Assembly: GCA_965202805.1 (NCBI GenBank)
Contig: OZ241869.1
Span: 2,976,001-3,040,000 of the forward strand
Length of the DNA: 64,000 nucleotides
Direction: 5' to 3'
Origin: Longimicrobiales bacterium
GTDB lineage: Bacteria; Gemmatimonadota; Gemmatimonadetes; Longimicrobiales; Gaopeijiaceae
Program-made: the position numbers and the translations under genes
Part shown: positions 17,229-27,038 of the stretch, piece by piece
Numbering within the stretch: position 1 is the stretch's first letter
Layout of the letters: each line of letters begins with the position of its first letter
The notes under the pieces: generated by a model
What the model was told of the DNA's origin: nothing
The model's database searches: none
Seen by the model: only the letters and a program-made list of their open reading frames with translations

Positions 17229-19967
17229 ATGAAAGAGGTCAGCACGCGGTGGCAGCGGTATCTCCCCTGGATGTTCATCGCTTCGGCGATCCTTTTCAGC
17301 GCCCCGCTCTCGGCGCAGCAGGGGACACTCTCCGCCCGCGTGACGGACGCGGAGGCGGGGACGCCGGTGTCGGGCGCGACGATCGAGATCGTGGGCCAGA
17401 TGCTGGGCGCCACCGGAGCCGACGGTGACTTCTCGGCATCGGTTCCCGCCGGCAGCCACTCGGTGATCGTGACCCTGATCGGCTACGAGACCACCCGCCT
17501 GGACGGGATCGCGGTGGACGCCGGCTCAACGACGGAGATCGAGATCTCCATTCGCTCGCGGGCCCTGATCCTCAACCCGGTCGTGGTCACCGCGTCACGC
17601 CGCCAGGAGAAGGCGCTCGACGCTCCCGCGTCGGTTGCGACGGTTTCCCAGGCGGAGGTGGCGAGGGTCGCGGCGGTCACTGTGGCCGAGCACGTCAAGA
17701 CGCTTCCCGGGGTGGATGCGGTCCAGACGGGCATCGCCCAGGGGACCGTGGTGGCGCGCGGCTTCAACAACGTCTTCTCCGGAAGCCTGCTGACGATCAT
17801 AGACAACCGCTACGCGCGCGTTCCGTCGCTCCGGTTCAACGCCTACCAGATGTTTCCGACGACCGACCTGGACATCGACCGGATCGAAGTCTCGCTGGGC
17901 CCCGGGGCGGCGCTCTACGGACCCAACGCCTCGAACGGCGTGATGCACATCATCACGTCCTCGCCGATCGACCGGCAGGGCACCACGATCTCGCTGGCCG
18001 GCGGCGAGCGCTCGCTCTTCCACGGCCAGTTCCGGTCCGCCCACTCTCCATCGGAGAACTTCGGGCTGAAGATCTCCGGCCAGTACCAGCGCGGGAACGA
18101 CTGGGAATACGACGATCCCGGTGAGGCACAGGCCCGCATGGGCGCATGCGGCATGATCTGCACCCGGGACTACGGCTCGGAGCGATACTCCGCCAACGGC
18201 CGCCTCGACTTCCGGTTCGACGACGACGGATCGTTCATCGTGAACGGCGGCACCAGCACCCTTGCCAAGGGTGTGGACATGACGGGCATCGGGGCCTTTC
18301 AGGTGAAGAACTGGACGTACAACTTCGCGCAGGCCCGCCTGTCGAAGGGCCGGCTCTTCGCGCAGGCCTTCCTCAACATGACCGATTCCGGGGGCGATCT
18401 CAACGCGCCGGTCCAGGACGGAACCTTCGGCCTCCGCACCGGCGCGGCGGTCGTGGACCAGTCGCGCACCATGGCGGCCCAGGTCCAGCACGGCTTCGAC
18501 ATCGGCTCCCGGCAGAGCTTCACCTACGGCGTCGACTGGCAGCGGACCGACCCGCGCACCGGCGGGACGATCTTCGGGCAGAACGAAGACGACGACATGA
18601 TCTCCGAAGTCGGCACCTATCTGCACTCGGAGACGTCGCTGGGCGACCGGATCGACCTCGTCACGGCGATCCGGCTGGACGATCACAACCGGCTTGCCGA
18701 CGTGAACCTCTCTCCCCGCGCGGCGCTCGTGTTCCGGCCGGCCGACAACCAGAACTTCCGCTTGACCTACAACCGGGCGTTTGCGACCCCGACCACAACC
18801 AACCTCTTCCTGGACATCATCGCGGCGCAGATTCCACTCTCTCCGCTGCCCGCCACCTACAACATACGCGCGCTGGGGGTGCCCACCGGCGGCTTCACCT
18901 TCAGCGCCCAGTGTCCCGGCGGACTCATGTCGTACTGCATGCGCTCGCCCTTCGCACCGGGCCAGGCCATTCCGGCGAACGCCCTGGCGCTGTGGCCAGG
19001 GCTCCTCGAGATGCTGCCCGCGCTCCTCAGTCCCGCTTTCCAGCCCTTCGCCGGTGTTCTGGGGAATCTCCTGCAGAACCCGGGCGCGCTGCCGGGTGAT
19101 CCCGCGATCGGCACCGTGCTCCGCCGGCTGAACCAGGCGGCCATCGATCCGGCGGATGCGTTCCCGCTCGACAGCTCGCCGGTTGAGACGATCACCGATC
19201 TCACCTCGACCATCAACAACACCTACGAAATCGGATACAAGGGCCTGATCGACGACCGCGTACTGTTGGCCGCCGACGTGTACTTCAGCCGGGTGGAGAA
19301 CTTCGTCGGCCCGCTCCGCGTCGTGACCCCCAACGTCTTCTTCGACCCCGAGAGCGTCACGGCCTTCGTCCTTCACCGCCTGTCGCCGCTCATCCAGGGC
19401 GGCCTGGTGACCCGGGAACAGATCCTCCCGATCGTCGAGGGAGTGGCTCAGCTCCCCCTCGGCACCGTGGTGCCCGACCAGGTCGACGCCCCCGACCTCC
19501 TGGTCACCTATCGCAACTTCGGCGAGGTCGACTTCTGGGGGGCGGACCTGTCCGCGCAGATCATCGCGTCGGACCGGGTGCGGATCAACGCGAGCTACTC
19601 CTTCCAGAGCGACGAGTGCTTCGACTTCAACGACGACGGCAACTGCACCAGTTCGGACGACATCGCGCTCAACGCTCCCAATCACAAGGGGTCGATGGGG
19701 TTCACCTTCGACGACCGCGCCACCGGATTCTCGTTCGGGGGGCGGATGCGGATGACCACGGCGTTTCCGATGAACTCCGGCGTCTACGTCGGCGATGTGG
19801 ACGGCTACAGCGTGGTGGACGCCTCGATCGGATACCGGCTCCCGTTCCAGCCGAGCACGCATGTTTCGCTGACAGCGAACAACATCCTGAACAACCTGCA
19901 CCGGGAATTCGTGGGTGCGCCGGAGATCGGGAGAATGCTGCTGGCGCGGGTAAGGTACGACTTCTAG
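17229..19967 (+). CDS. TonB-dependent receptor with N-terminal carboxypeptidase-regulatory-like domain
   Basis: GAGGAGG RBS; signal peptide; VVVTASR, RIEVSLGPGAALYG plug motifs; C-terminal Phe (RYDF). Confidence 0.92.
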   Translation: MKEVSTRWQRYLPWMFIASAILFSAPLSAQQGTLSARVTDAEAGTPVSGATIEIVGQMLGATGADGDFSASVPAGSHSVIVTLIGYETTRLDGIAVDAGSTTEIEISIRSRALILNPVVVTASRRQEKALDAPASVATVSQAEVARVAAVTVAEHVKTLPGVDAVQTGIAQGTVVARGFNNVFSGSLLTIIDNRYARVPSLRFNAYQMFPTTDLDIDRIEVSLGPGAALYGPNASNGVMHIITSSPIDRQGTTISLAGGERSLFHGQFRSAHSPSENFGLKISGQYQRGNDWEYDDPGEAQARMGACGMICTRDYGSERYSANGRLDFRFDDDGSFIVNGGTSTLAKGVDMTGIGAFQVKNWTYNFAQARLSKGRLFAQAFLNMTDSGGDLNAPVQDGTFGLRTGAAVVDQSRTMAAQVQHGFDIGSRQSFTYGVDWQRTDPRTGGTIFGQNEDDDMISEVGTYLHSETSLGDRIDLVTAIRLDDHNRLADVNLSPRAALVFRPADNQNFRLTYNRAFATPTTTNLFLDIIAAQIPLSPLPATYNIRALGVPTGGFTFSAQCPGGLMSYCMRSPFAPGQAIPANALALWPGLLEMLPALLSPAFQPFAGVLGNLLQNPGALPGDPAIGTVLRRLNQAAIDPADAFPLDSSPVETITDLTSTINNTYEIGYKGLIDDRVLLAADVYFSRVENFVGPLRVVTPNVFFDPESVTAFVLHRLSPLIQGGLVTREQILPIVEGVAQLPLGTVVPDQVDAPDLLVTYRNFGEVDFWGADLSAQIIASDRVRINASYSFQSDECFDFNDDGNCTSSDDIALNAPNHKGSMGFTFDDRATGFSFGGRMRMTTAFPMNSGVYVGDVDGYSVVDASIGYRLPFQPSTHVSLTANNILNNLHREFVGAPEIGRMLLARVRYDF

Positions 19968-19990
19968 CAGTCCGCGGGCTGCCGGCGGAG

Positions 19991-20647
19991 TCAGTCCAGC
20001 GGCGTCGCCTCGAGCCGCGAGATGTGCAGGTTGAGCATGTGGTTCACGCGAAAGCCGTAGATCCCGTCCATCGCGACCTGCTCGCGCGGAAGGGTGGCAA
20101 CCTGGGCATCGTTGACGAAGAATCGCACCTCGTCCGCGTCCGCCTCGACGGCGAGGATGTTCTTCGCCGTGGCCCCGTCTCCGCGATCCTTCCAACCCAG
20201 AATGGCCTCGTGGCCGGTCCAGGGATGGATCGTCGGAGCCTCCGCGCCCTCTCGGCGCTTGACGATGAACTCGCCCCCGTCGCGGATGAGGAAGTAGGTG
20301 TATTCGATGTCGTCGCCGTCCAGGTTGCGCCCGCCGGCGAAGAAGCCGAACGCCTCGCGCATCATCCCCTGGTGCGGCTCGAACAGGAACACCTCCATCT
20401 CGATGCGGTATTCGCCCGACGCCTCCATCTCCGGGCCCCAGTAGATCGCGGCGGGTCCCGAGGTGACATGCCATCCGGGGGGCATCGACACGAACATCTC
20501 CAGCTGGTCTTCCGAAGCGCCGGGCTCGTCGAAGCGGACCTGCCAGCCCTCCGGACGCTCGAAGTCCTGGGCGGCAAGGGCGGGGGCGGCGAGGGCTGAC
20601 GCGAGGGCGAGGGCGAAGAGCGGGATCGGGAGGGTGGGTCTCGTCAT
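19991..20647 (-). CDS. Exported hypothetical protein, probably lectin/DUF1080-like beta-sandwich
   Basis: Signal peptide (ALA-A); beta-rich sequence YTYFLIR..VRFFVN..GIYGFRVNH. Confidence 0.65.
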   Translation of the reverse strand: MTRPTLPIPLFALALASALAAPALAAQDFERPEGWQVRFDEPGASEDQLEMFVSMPPGWHVTSGPAAIYWGPEMEASGEYRIEMEVFLFEPHQGMMREAFGFFAGGRNLDGDDIEYTYFLIRDGGEFIVKRREGAEAPTIHPWTGHEAILGWKDRGDGATAKNILAVEADADEVRFFVNDAQVATLPREQVAMDGIYGFRVNHMLNLHISRLEATPLD

Positions 20648-20844
20648 GGTGTCTCGGGCCTGTGACGGGGGTTTGATGCGGCGCAGGAAGATCTGCGAAA
20701 GTGTGCGGGAAGGTCAATCCGTGCCGCGTCCGCCGGCCGGGGTGGCGGCGTCGGGGATCCCGGGCGTTTCATGAGGCCGGCGCCGCGCATATGTTGTCTC
20801 GACCCCCGCTCGCCAGGGGGCATTACCGCAACACGGAGGAAGAG

Positions 20845-21315
20845 ATGCGACTTCGCAACGCATGGCTCCCGGCAACGACGATTCTGGCAGGGCTCGCATT
20901 CTCCTCGGGGGTCGAAGCCCAGGGCGAGGCACGCTACGGAACCTGGCTGATGGACTCGGACCGGCCCCCGCCGGCCTCCAACGTCATGACCTACGAGCCC
21001 TACGGCGACGGCGGCATGCGCATCACGGTCGCGAACACGAACGCCAGCGGCGAGTCGTCCGAGTGGGGATACGTGACCCTGTTCGACGGCGTCTTCCGCG
21101 CGGTGGAGGGCCAGGACAACGCCGAGACCGCGGTCGAGGTCGTGAACGAGCGCACCACGCGCATCCTGAACAGCCGCAACGGCAGGGTCTACCAGGTCAT
21201 CATCAACAACCTCTCCGAGGACGGCAACACGATTCAGAACGAGTACGTGCGCCTCGACGAGGAGGGGAAGATCACCGGGGTCTCGCGCGCGACGTACCGG
21301 CGCATCATGGACTAG
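20845..21315 (+). CDS. Exported hypothetical protein (lipocalin-like)
   Basis: GGAGG RBS; signal peptide; GTW motif near N-terminus; LSEDG.. Confidence 0.65.
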   Translation: MRLRNAWLPATTILAGLAFSSGVEAQGEARYGTWLMDSDRPPPASNVMTYEPYGDGGMRITVANTNASGESSEWGYVTLFDGVFRAVEGQDNAETAVEVVNERTTRILNSRNGRVYQVIINNLSEDGNTIQNEYVRLDEEGKITGVSRATYRRIMD

Positions 21316-21410
21316 CTGCGGCGCCTTCCGCCCCTGGTCCTGCAGCCCGGGGGGCCGCGCTCGGGTAGTCCACGGTCCGCGCCCGACGCCGCTGCCGGGG
21401 CGGCAATCCG

Positions 21411-22028
21411 TTAGCGGCCGCCCTCCGGGACCGCTGCGATGCACTCCACCTCGACGCGCGCGTCGAAGGCCAGTCCGGCTGCGGCCAGGGCGGAGCGGGC
21501 GGGCGGGTCCTCGGGGAAGTACTCCAGGTAGACCTCGTTGAAGGTGGCGTAGTCGGCCATGTCGGCGAGGAAGACGGTGCATTTGACGACGTCCTCCCAC
21601 CCCGCCCCGGCCGCCTCCAGCACGGTCGCCAGGTTGTCCATGGTCTGACGGGTCTCGGGGATGATCCCGCCCGCGGCCAGCGTCGGCGGCGACACCCCCG
21701 GGAGCGCTCCGATCGCGCCCGACAGGAAGATCAGGTCGCCGCTCCGCACCGCGGACGAGAACACCGGCAGCCGGGCCACCCCCTCGGGCTGGATGATCTC
21801 CTTGCGCGGGGCGGGTTCAGCCGCGGCCTGACCGCCCTCCGCGTCCGGCTCCCCCGCGGGCGTGCACCCGGCTGCGAGCGTGCTCGCCATCAGGAACGCG
21901 GCGCCCATCCACGCCCTGCCGCGGCCGAGGGGCAGGGCAGCCGCCCACCGACCCGCACGTCCTGCCGGCCCGGCGCCCCGGCCGTTTCGGCGCTCACGTG
22001 GATGCCCGGCGCCCGCCCGCTTTCTCAT
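21411..22028 (-). CDS. RidA family imine deaminase with lipoprotein-like N-terminus
   Basis: FSSAVRSGDLIFLSG, DVVKCTVFLADM, FNEVY, PPARS, VEVECIA; ATGA-coupled to the upstream gene (alternative start 21908). Confidence 0.85.
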   Translation of the reverse strand: MRKRAGAGHPRERRNGRGAGPAGRAGRWAAALPLGRGRAWMGAAFLMASTLAAGCTPAGEPDAEGGQAAAEPAPRKEIIQPEGVARLPVFSSAVRSGDLIFLSGAIGALPGVSPPTLAAGGIIPETRQTMDNLATVLEAAGAGWEDVVKCTVFLADMADYATFNEVYLEYFPEDPPARSALAAAGLAFDARVEVECIAAVPEGGR

Positions 22029-23146
22029 CCGCTCCACGGCCACTCCTCCATCTCGATGCCCTTCGCGGCGAAGAGCAGCTCGAGCGCGCGCTCCCACGAC
22101 TCCCAGCTGGTGGTGCGGCCGTACACCGAGTTGGTCTTGTGCGCCACCACCAGGTCGAGGGCGGGGAACACCGTGATCCACTGTCCGACCGCTCCGCGCC
22201 CGCTGTAGGCCCCCTCGAACGGGCCGGTGGCGCGCGGGCCGTCCCACACCCACCACATGTAGCCGTAGCCGAAGTAGCCGTCCCGGCGCCGCTCCGGGTT
22301 CATCTCCTCGAGCGGGGTCACGACGCTCACGATGCGCCGCGCCCACTCCCGCGAAATGATCTGCCGGCCCTCCCAGGCGCCCTCGTTGAGCATCAGGTGC
22401 CCGATGCGCGCCATGTCGCGCGTGGACAGCCAGAAGTGGTACGCCGGGTTGCGCGAGATCGTGAGGTTGCCGGACTTGCGCTGCACCGACCGGTCCCAGT
22501 CCTCGAACCGGAGCGGAATCGCCAGCTGCGCCTGGGCTTCGTCGTAGATGTTGCGCCCGGTGAGCTGCTCGAAGACGGCGCCCGCAGCGTTGAAGTCCCA
22601 GTTGCTGTAGAGCATGTAGGTGCCCGGCTCCTGCGAACCCCGCGGCGGCGCCTCGGAGAGATTGTCCCCGCCGTTGGAGGCCGGGTGGTAGACCCCCGAG
22701 CGCGCGGTGACCAGGTGGTCCACCGTGGCGCCCAGCTCGACCGGCAGCAGCCCGCCGATGTCGTCCACGCCCAGATCGGCCATGGTGGCGTTCAGGTCGA
22801 TGGCGCCGTTCTCGACCCAGTAGCCGTACAGCATCGCCAGGATGCTCTTGCGCACGGAGGCCAGATACGACAACTCCTCGATGTCGCCGTACTGGAAGAC
22901 GATCCGGCCCCGGTCCGCCACCACGATGCCGGTGGAGTTGGCGCTGTCGCGCACGAAGTCGCGCACCCGCGCCAGGGCGTCGGCGTCCCAGCCCAGGCCG
23001 GCCAGTCCGCCCCGGGGGACGATTTCCCACTCCTCTCCCGGGAAGACGCAGGTTGGACAATCGTTGCGCGGCGGGAGCGCGAAGAGCAGTCCTGCGGGGG
23101 CGATCAGGGCCCACGCAACAAAAAACGTTGCGAGGAAACGGTTCAT
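22025..23146 (-). CDS. Serine hydrolase, beta-lactamase class C/NylB-like
   Basis: SVRK (SxxK), YSN motif, STRDMARIG; signal peptide. Confidence 0.88.
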   Translation of the reverse strand: MNRFLATFFVAWALIAPAGLLFALPPRNDCPTCVFPGEEWEIVPRGGLAGLGWDADALARVRDFVRDSANSTGIVVADRGRIVFQYGDIEELSYLASVRKSILAMLYGYWVENGAIDLNATMADLGVDDIGGLLPVELGATVDHLVTARSGVYHPASNGGDNLSEAPPRGSQEPGTYMLYSNWDFNAAGAVFEQLTGRNIYDEAQAQLAIPLRFEDWDRSVQRKSGNLTISRNPAYHFWLSTRDMARIGHLMLNEGAWEGRQIISREWARRIVSVVTPLEEMNPERRRDGYFGYGYMWWVWDGPRATGPFEGAYSGRGAVGQWITVFPALDLVVAHKTNSVYGRTTSWESWERALELLFAAKGIEMEEWPWSG

Positions 23147-23417
23147 GGCGGTTCTCACGGTGAAGGTGGCTCCGGGCGCCCGGAAGGACGAAATCACGGG
23201 CTGGATGGGGGATGCGCTCAAGCTCCGCGTCTCCGCGCCGCCGGAAAAGGGCCGCGCCAACCGGGCGGTGGTGGCCCTGCTGGCGCGCACGCTGTCGGCG
23301 AGCAGGGACGGGATCGTCATCGTGGCCGGGGCCGGGTCGCGCCGCAAGCTGATCCGGATCGAGGGCCTGTCCCTGGAAGAGGTGCGCGCGCGGATTCGAG
23401 CGGCCCTGGAGAGGTGA
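23145..23417 (+). CDS. DUF167/YggU family protein
   Basis: VKVAPGARKDEITG..LKLRVSAPPEKGRAN..SRRK; GAGGA RBS. Confidence 0.88.
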   Translation: MAVLTVKVAPGARKDEITGWMGDALKLRVSAPPEKGRANRAVVALLARTLSASRDGIVIVAGAGSRRKLIRIEGLSLEEVRARIRAALER

Positions 23418-23486
23418 GCCCGTTCCTCCGCGGCTCTCCCGGGTCGGCGCCGAACCCGCGTCCCGGCATCGCCGGCCTCGGCCCGC

Positions 23487-24698
23487 CTACCTCAGGAAGA
23501 TGTCCTTGGGGATGTACCCCGTAACGACCTGGGTCAGGTCGACCACCTCGCTGACCCGGAAGTCCACCGCGATGCTGGCCAGCGAGAGGGCCTCGGCGGG
23601 CGGCAGCCCCTTCTCCTCCCCGAGGAAGTTCACGACCTCCCAGGTCGCGTGGCGGACGGCGCGGTCGAGGTCCAGGTCGATGCCCATGATCATGTAGTAG
23701 TCGTCGTCCTCGGCGCGCGGCGCGGAGATGCTGCGGTCCTTGTGCACGGCGAAGCGGAAGACGCCGGAGGCCGACTGCTCGATCGCGGTGCCGCTCACCT
23801 CGCCGTCGCCCTGCGCGCCGTGGGCATCGCCGGTGTAGAAGAGCGCGCCCTCGTGAAAGACGGGCAGGTACAGGGTAGTGCCGGCCTTGAGGTCCTTGAC
23901 GTCCAGGTTGCCGCCGAAGGCGCCGGGGGGCCGGGAGCCCTGAACTCCCGGCACGGTCACGCCCGGCTGGCCCACCACCGGGTCGGGCGCGACCGCCATG
24001 ATTCCCATGAAGGGCGCCAGCGGCACATGGATTTCGTCGGAAATGAGGGCCACCTCGCGCCCGTCCACGTCCCCGGTGCGGATGACGTGGCGGGTTCCGG
24101 GCGGGATGTCGAGCGCCGGGTCGTCCGGACGGGCGCCGGGGTAGTCCATCGAGAACACGCCGCCCCGGGCGGAGGTGTTGTTGATGCCCCACGACACCCG
24201 CGTCTCGACGGAGAGGATCTCGACCTCGAGCACGTCCCCGGGCTCGGCGCCCTCGACGTAGACGGGACCCGTGATGACGTGGCCGCTCCGGCCTTCGCGC
24301 GGGCGGCCGTCGCGCGAGGCCCAGAAGTCGAGCACGTCCTGGAGGATCTCGTCGCGCGGAAGGCCGAGGCCGGTCAGGTAGGCCACCGGCTCCACGCTCT
24401 GCGTGGCGCCGGCGTGGGTGAGGGTGTTGATGCGCACGGTCTCCCCCGGCTGGACGCGCAGCACGGGCTCCTTGTCGATCGGGAACCAGCCCCATGCCAC
24501 GTTTTCGGGGGTGGAGGGCACGAAGTGATCGGCCTCGCCCGCCGGATCCGCGCTGCGCATTTCGGGCGCGGGCGCGCTTCCTTCTGCAGCGCTCTCGACG
24601 TCCGGAGCGCCGCACGCCAGCAGCAGCGCGACGACCGGCACCAGTCCGAGTCTCCGATGGCCTGTATCGCTCTCGCCGTCGATTCGTGTGTCGCTCAT
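23487..24698 (-). CDS. Acetamidase/formamidase family lipoprotein
   Basis: GHVITGPVYVEGAEPGD, FGGNLD, GDAHGAQGDGEVSGTAIE; LLLAC lipobox. Confidence 0.9.
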   Translation of the reverse strand: MSDTRIDGESDTGHRRLGLVPVVALLLACGAPDVESAAEGSAPAPEMRSADPAGEADHFVPSTPENVAWGWFPIDKEPVLRVQPGETVRINTLTHAGATQSVEPVAYLTGLGLPRDEILQDVLDFWASRDGRPREGRSGHVITGPVYVEGAEPGDVLEVEILSVETRVSWGINNTSARGGVFSMDYPGARPDDPALDIPPGTRHVIRTGDVDGREVALISDEIHVPLAPFMGIMAVAPDPVVGQPGVTVPGVQGSRPPGAFGGNLDVKDLKAGTTLYLPVFHEGALFYTGDAHGAQGDGEVSGTAIEQSASGVFRFAVHKDRSISAPRAEDDDYYMIMGIDLDLDRAVRHATWEVVNFLGEEKGLPPAEALSLASIAVDFRVSEVVDLTQVVTGYIPKDIFLR

Positions 24699-24849
24699 CT
24701 CCTGCTCTCCTCTTTCTGGCACATTGCGAATTGCTGAAGTACCCTTAGCGACCAATCAGCCTCGAATCAAACAAGCTGCCACGGGATCGGGCGGACCAGC
24801 CACCATCCCGCCTGCGCGCAACCCGCGTTTCCCCCAGCGGAGAACCGAC

Positions 24850-25755
24850 GTGTTCGATACCAGCGACCCCCGGCTGTACCTGTTCGCCGCCCTTGCGATC
24901 GTCGCCCTGCTCTTCCTCCACCAGTGGGTGAGCACGGCGCGCGCGAGCGCCGGAGACGGATCGGGGAAGGGCGGGATCCGCGGAAAGCCCAACCTGTTCG
25001 AGCTGGCGGTGGGCTTCGGCACAAACTTCTTCGACACGCTCGGGATCGGATCCTTCGCGCCCACCACCTCGCTCTTCAAGCTGGCGAAGACGGTTCCCGA
25101 CGACGAGATCCCGGGCACCATGATGACCGGCCACACCCCGCCCGTCATCATCCAGGCCTTCATCTTCATGGCCATCATCATCGTGGATCCGGTCACGCTC
25201 TTCACGCTGATCGCGGCGGCGGTGCTCGGGGCGTGGCTGGGTGCGGGGGTGGTGACCCGCCTGCCGCGCCACTGGATTCAGATCGGCATGGGGATCGCGC
25301 TGCTGATCGCGGCCGGTACGTTCCTGCGGTCCATCTTCGGCACCGACCCGGTGGGTGGGCTGGCGACCGGACTTGCCGGCGCCGACCTGTTGATCGCCGC
25401 CATCTGCCTGTGTGTGCTGGGCGCGCTCATGACCATCGGCATCGGCATGTACGCGCCCACCATGATCGTGGTGAGCATGATGGGCATGACCCCCGCGGTG
25501 GCCTTCCCGATCATGATGGGGTCCGCGGCCTTCCTGATGGCGGTCGCGGGGATGCGCTTCGCGCGGGCGGGCCGCTACGGGCTGAAGGCGGCGCTCGGGC
25601 TGGCCATCGGAGGCATCCCGGCGGTGCTCATCGCGGCGTTCATCGTGCGGTCGCTGCCGCTCGACGTGATGCGCTGGCTGGTCGTGGTGGTGGTGCTGTA
25701 TGCCGCCGTGGCGATGCTTCGGTCGGCGGCGCAGGAACTGCGCAGCGGGAGCTGA
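24850..25755 (+). CDS. TauE/SafE (TSUP) family permease
   Basis: NFFDTLGIGSFAPTT; ALMTIGIGMYAP; multiple TM helices; start approximate. Confidence 0.8.
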   Translation: MFDTSDPRLYLFAALAIVALLFLHQWVSTARASAGDGSGKGGIRGKPNLFELAVGFGTNFFDTLGIGSFAPTTSLFKLAKTVPDDEIPGTMMTGHTPPVIIQAFIFMAIIIVDPVTLFTLIAAAVLGAWLGAGVVTRLPRHWIQIGMGIALLIAAGTFLRSIFGTDPVGGLATGLAGADLLIAAICLCVLGALMTIGIGMYAPTMIVVSMMGMTPAVAFPIMMGSAAFLMAVAGMRFARAGRYGLKAALGLAIGGIPAVLIAAFIVRSLPLDVMRWLVVVVVLYAAVAMLRSAAQELRSGS

Positions 25756-25756
25756 C

Positions 25757-26854
25757 TCAGCCCGCCTCCCACAACTCCGTCCCGGGCTGGAAGGCCTTCC
25801 ACGCGAACCAGAAGGCGATGTAGGCGCCCTCGACCGGCTCCATGCGGGTGCCTTCCAGGGGGCCCTCGAACGCAACTCCGTCCGTCTGCCAGGTCGAGCC
25901 CGTCTCGGCGTCCACGATCTTGCCGCCCGTGAACTCGAAGGTAAGGGTCTGCCCGTCCACCACGGGGTTGAGCGCGAAGGCCGCCTCGCCGGCGTTGTCC
26001 CACACCACCAGGAGCGGCGTTCCGCCCACCATGTCGTTCACGACGGTCACGGGCGACCCATCCCCGCGGAGCTCTCCGAACGGGTAGGCCTTGCCGCCGT
26101 CCGCCCCGTCGAGAACCCCGAGTACGCGTTCCTTGGCCGGACGCCGCAGGTCGCTGATCGTCTGGGGGTAGAAGGTGGTGTTGTTTTCCAGGCTCTCGTA
26201 GTCGCCATAGGGATAGCGGTCGTACTGCGTACTCAGGCCGCCGTCCGGTCGCACCACCACCAGGCCGTTCTGATTCAGGGCGCGCCAGCGATCCCAGACT
26301 ACTTCCGTGGAGGCGATCAGGGGCAGCGGCTCGCCCAGCCTGGGCCCGCAACCGGCTTCGCGCAGCATCTGGGGCCAGAGCGAGCGGTCGCCGTCGGTGC
26401 GGTCGTACATGATCAGGTTGTTCTGGAAGAGCAGCCCGGAAACGCCGAACTCGGCCCCGGCGACGTCGCTGCGGTCGAACACGATGCTCGACCCGGTCAG
26501 GGGACAATAGGTGACGGCGACCCGGTGCTGGCCCAGCGTCAGGTTCACGATCTCGTGCCACCAGAGGATGCGATGGGGCACCGCGAACACCTGCCCGCCC
26601 AGCTCGAAGCTGATCACGCGGTCGCTCTCCCACAGGAAGCCGGTCTGCTGGTCGAAGATCCCCACCATGGGGGGGTTGGTGAGGGCGGGGATGCCGTCCA
26701 CGCCCACGCCGCCGTCGAAGACCAGATCGGCGCTGATCGAGCAGTTGGGACCGAGGTCGACCGGTGCCGTCGGTTCGGGGCCTGTCGGGGCGTCGGAACA
26801 GGAGAGCAGCAGCGACAGGCCCGCGGCGGCGAGCGACAGGGGCTTGGAGCGCAT
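25757..26854 (-). CDS. DUF3179 family lipoprotein
   Basis: DGIPAL, WHEIVN, VTYCPLTGS, FGVSGLL..NLIMYDR, FWFAW; LLLSC lipobox. Confidence 0.9.
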   Translation of the reverse strand: MRSKPLSLAAAGLSLLLSCSDAPTGPEPTAPVDLGPNCSISADLVFDGGVGVDGIPALTNPPMVGIFDQQTGFLWESDRVISFELGGQVFAVPHRILWWHEIVNLTLGQHRVAVTYCPLTGSSIVFDRSDVAGAEFGVSGLLFQNNLIMYDRTDGDRSLWPQMLREAGCGPRLGEPLPLIASTEVVWDRWRALNQNGLVVVRPDGGLSTQYDRYPYGDYESLENNTTFYPQTISDLRRPAKERVLGVLDGADGGKAYPFGELRGDGSPVTVVNDMVGGTPLLVVWDNAGEAAFALNPVVDGQTLTFEFTGGKIVDAETGSTWQTDGVAFEGPLEGTRMEPVEGAYIAFWFAWKAFQPGTELWEAG

Positions 26855-27038
26855 GGCGTGGTTCTGCCTTTTCGGCGAGGGAGGGCGCGGAACCGTGCCG
26901 GGCCCGAAGATGATCGCTATCATAACCCGGTTCGTCCGTTCGGGAATCCCCGTGGCCGGTCAACTCCGGGGCTCCCGCCAGGTCGGTGCCCCGTCCACCT
27001 GATCCCCCACGACTCACTCGATCACGGGAAAAGACCGC

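Noticed and set aside
25757..26854. Possible selenoprotein (DUF3179)
   Set aside because: No in-frame TGA; the motif contains Cys (TYCPLTG).
26940..27000. GGGAATCCCC..AACTCCGGGG resembling a cobalamin riboswitch
   Set aside because: Lacks the AACTGT, CCACTG and B12-box elements; more likely a GC hairpin in a divergent promoter region.
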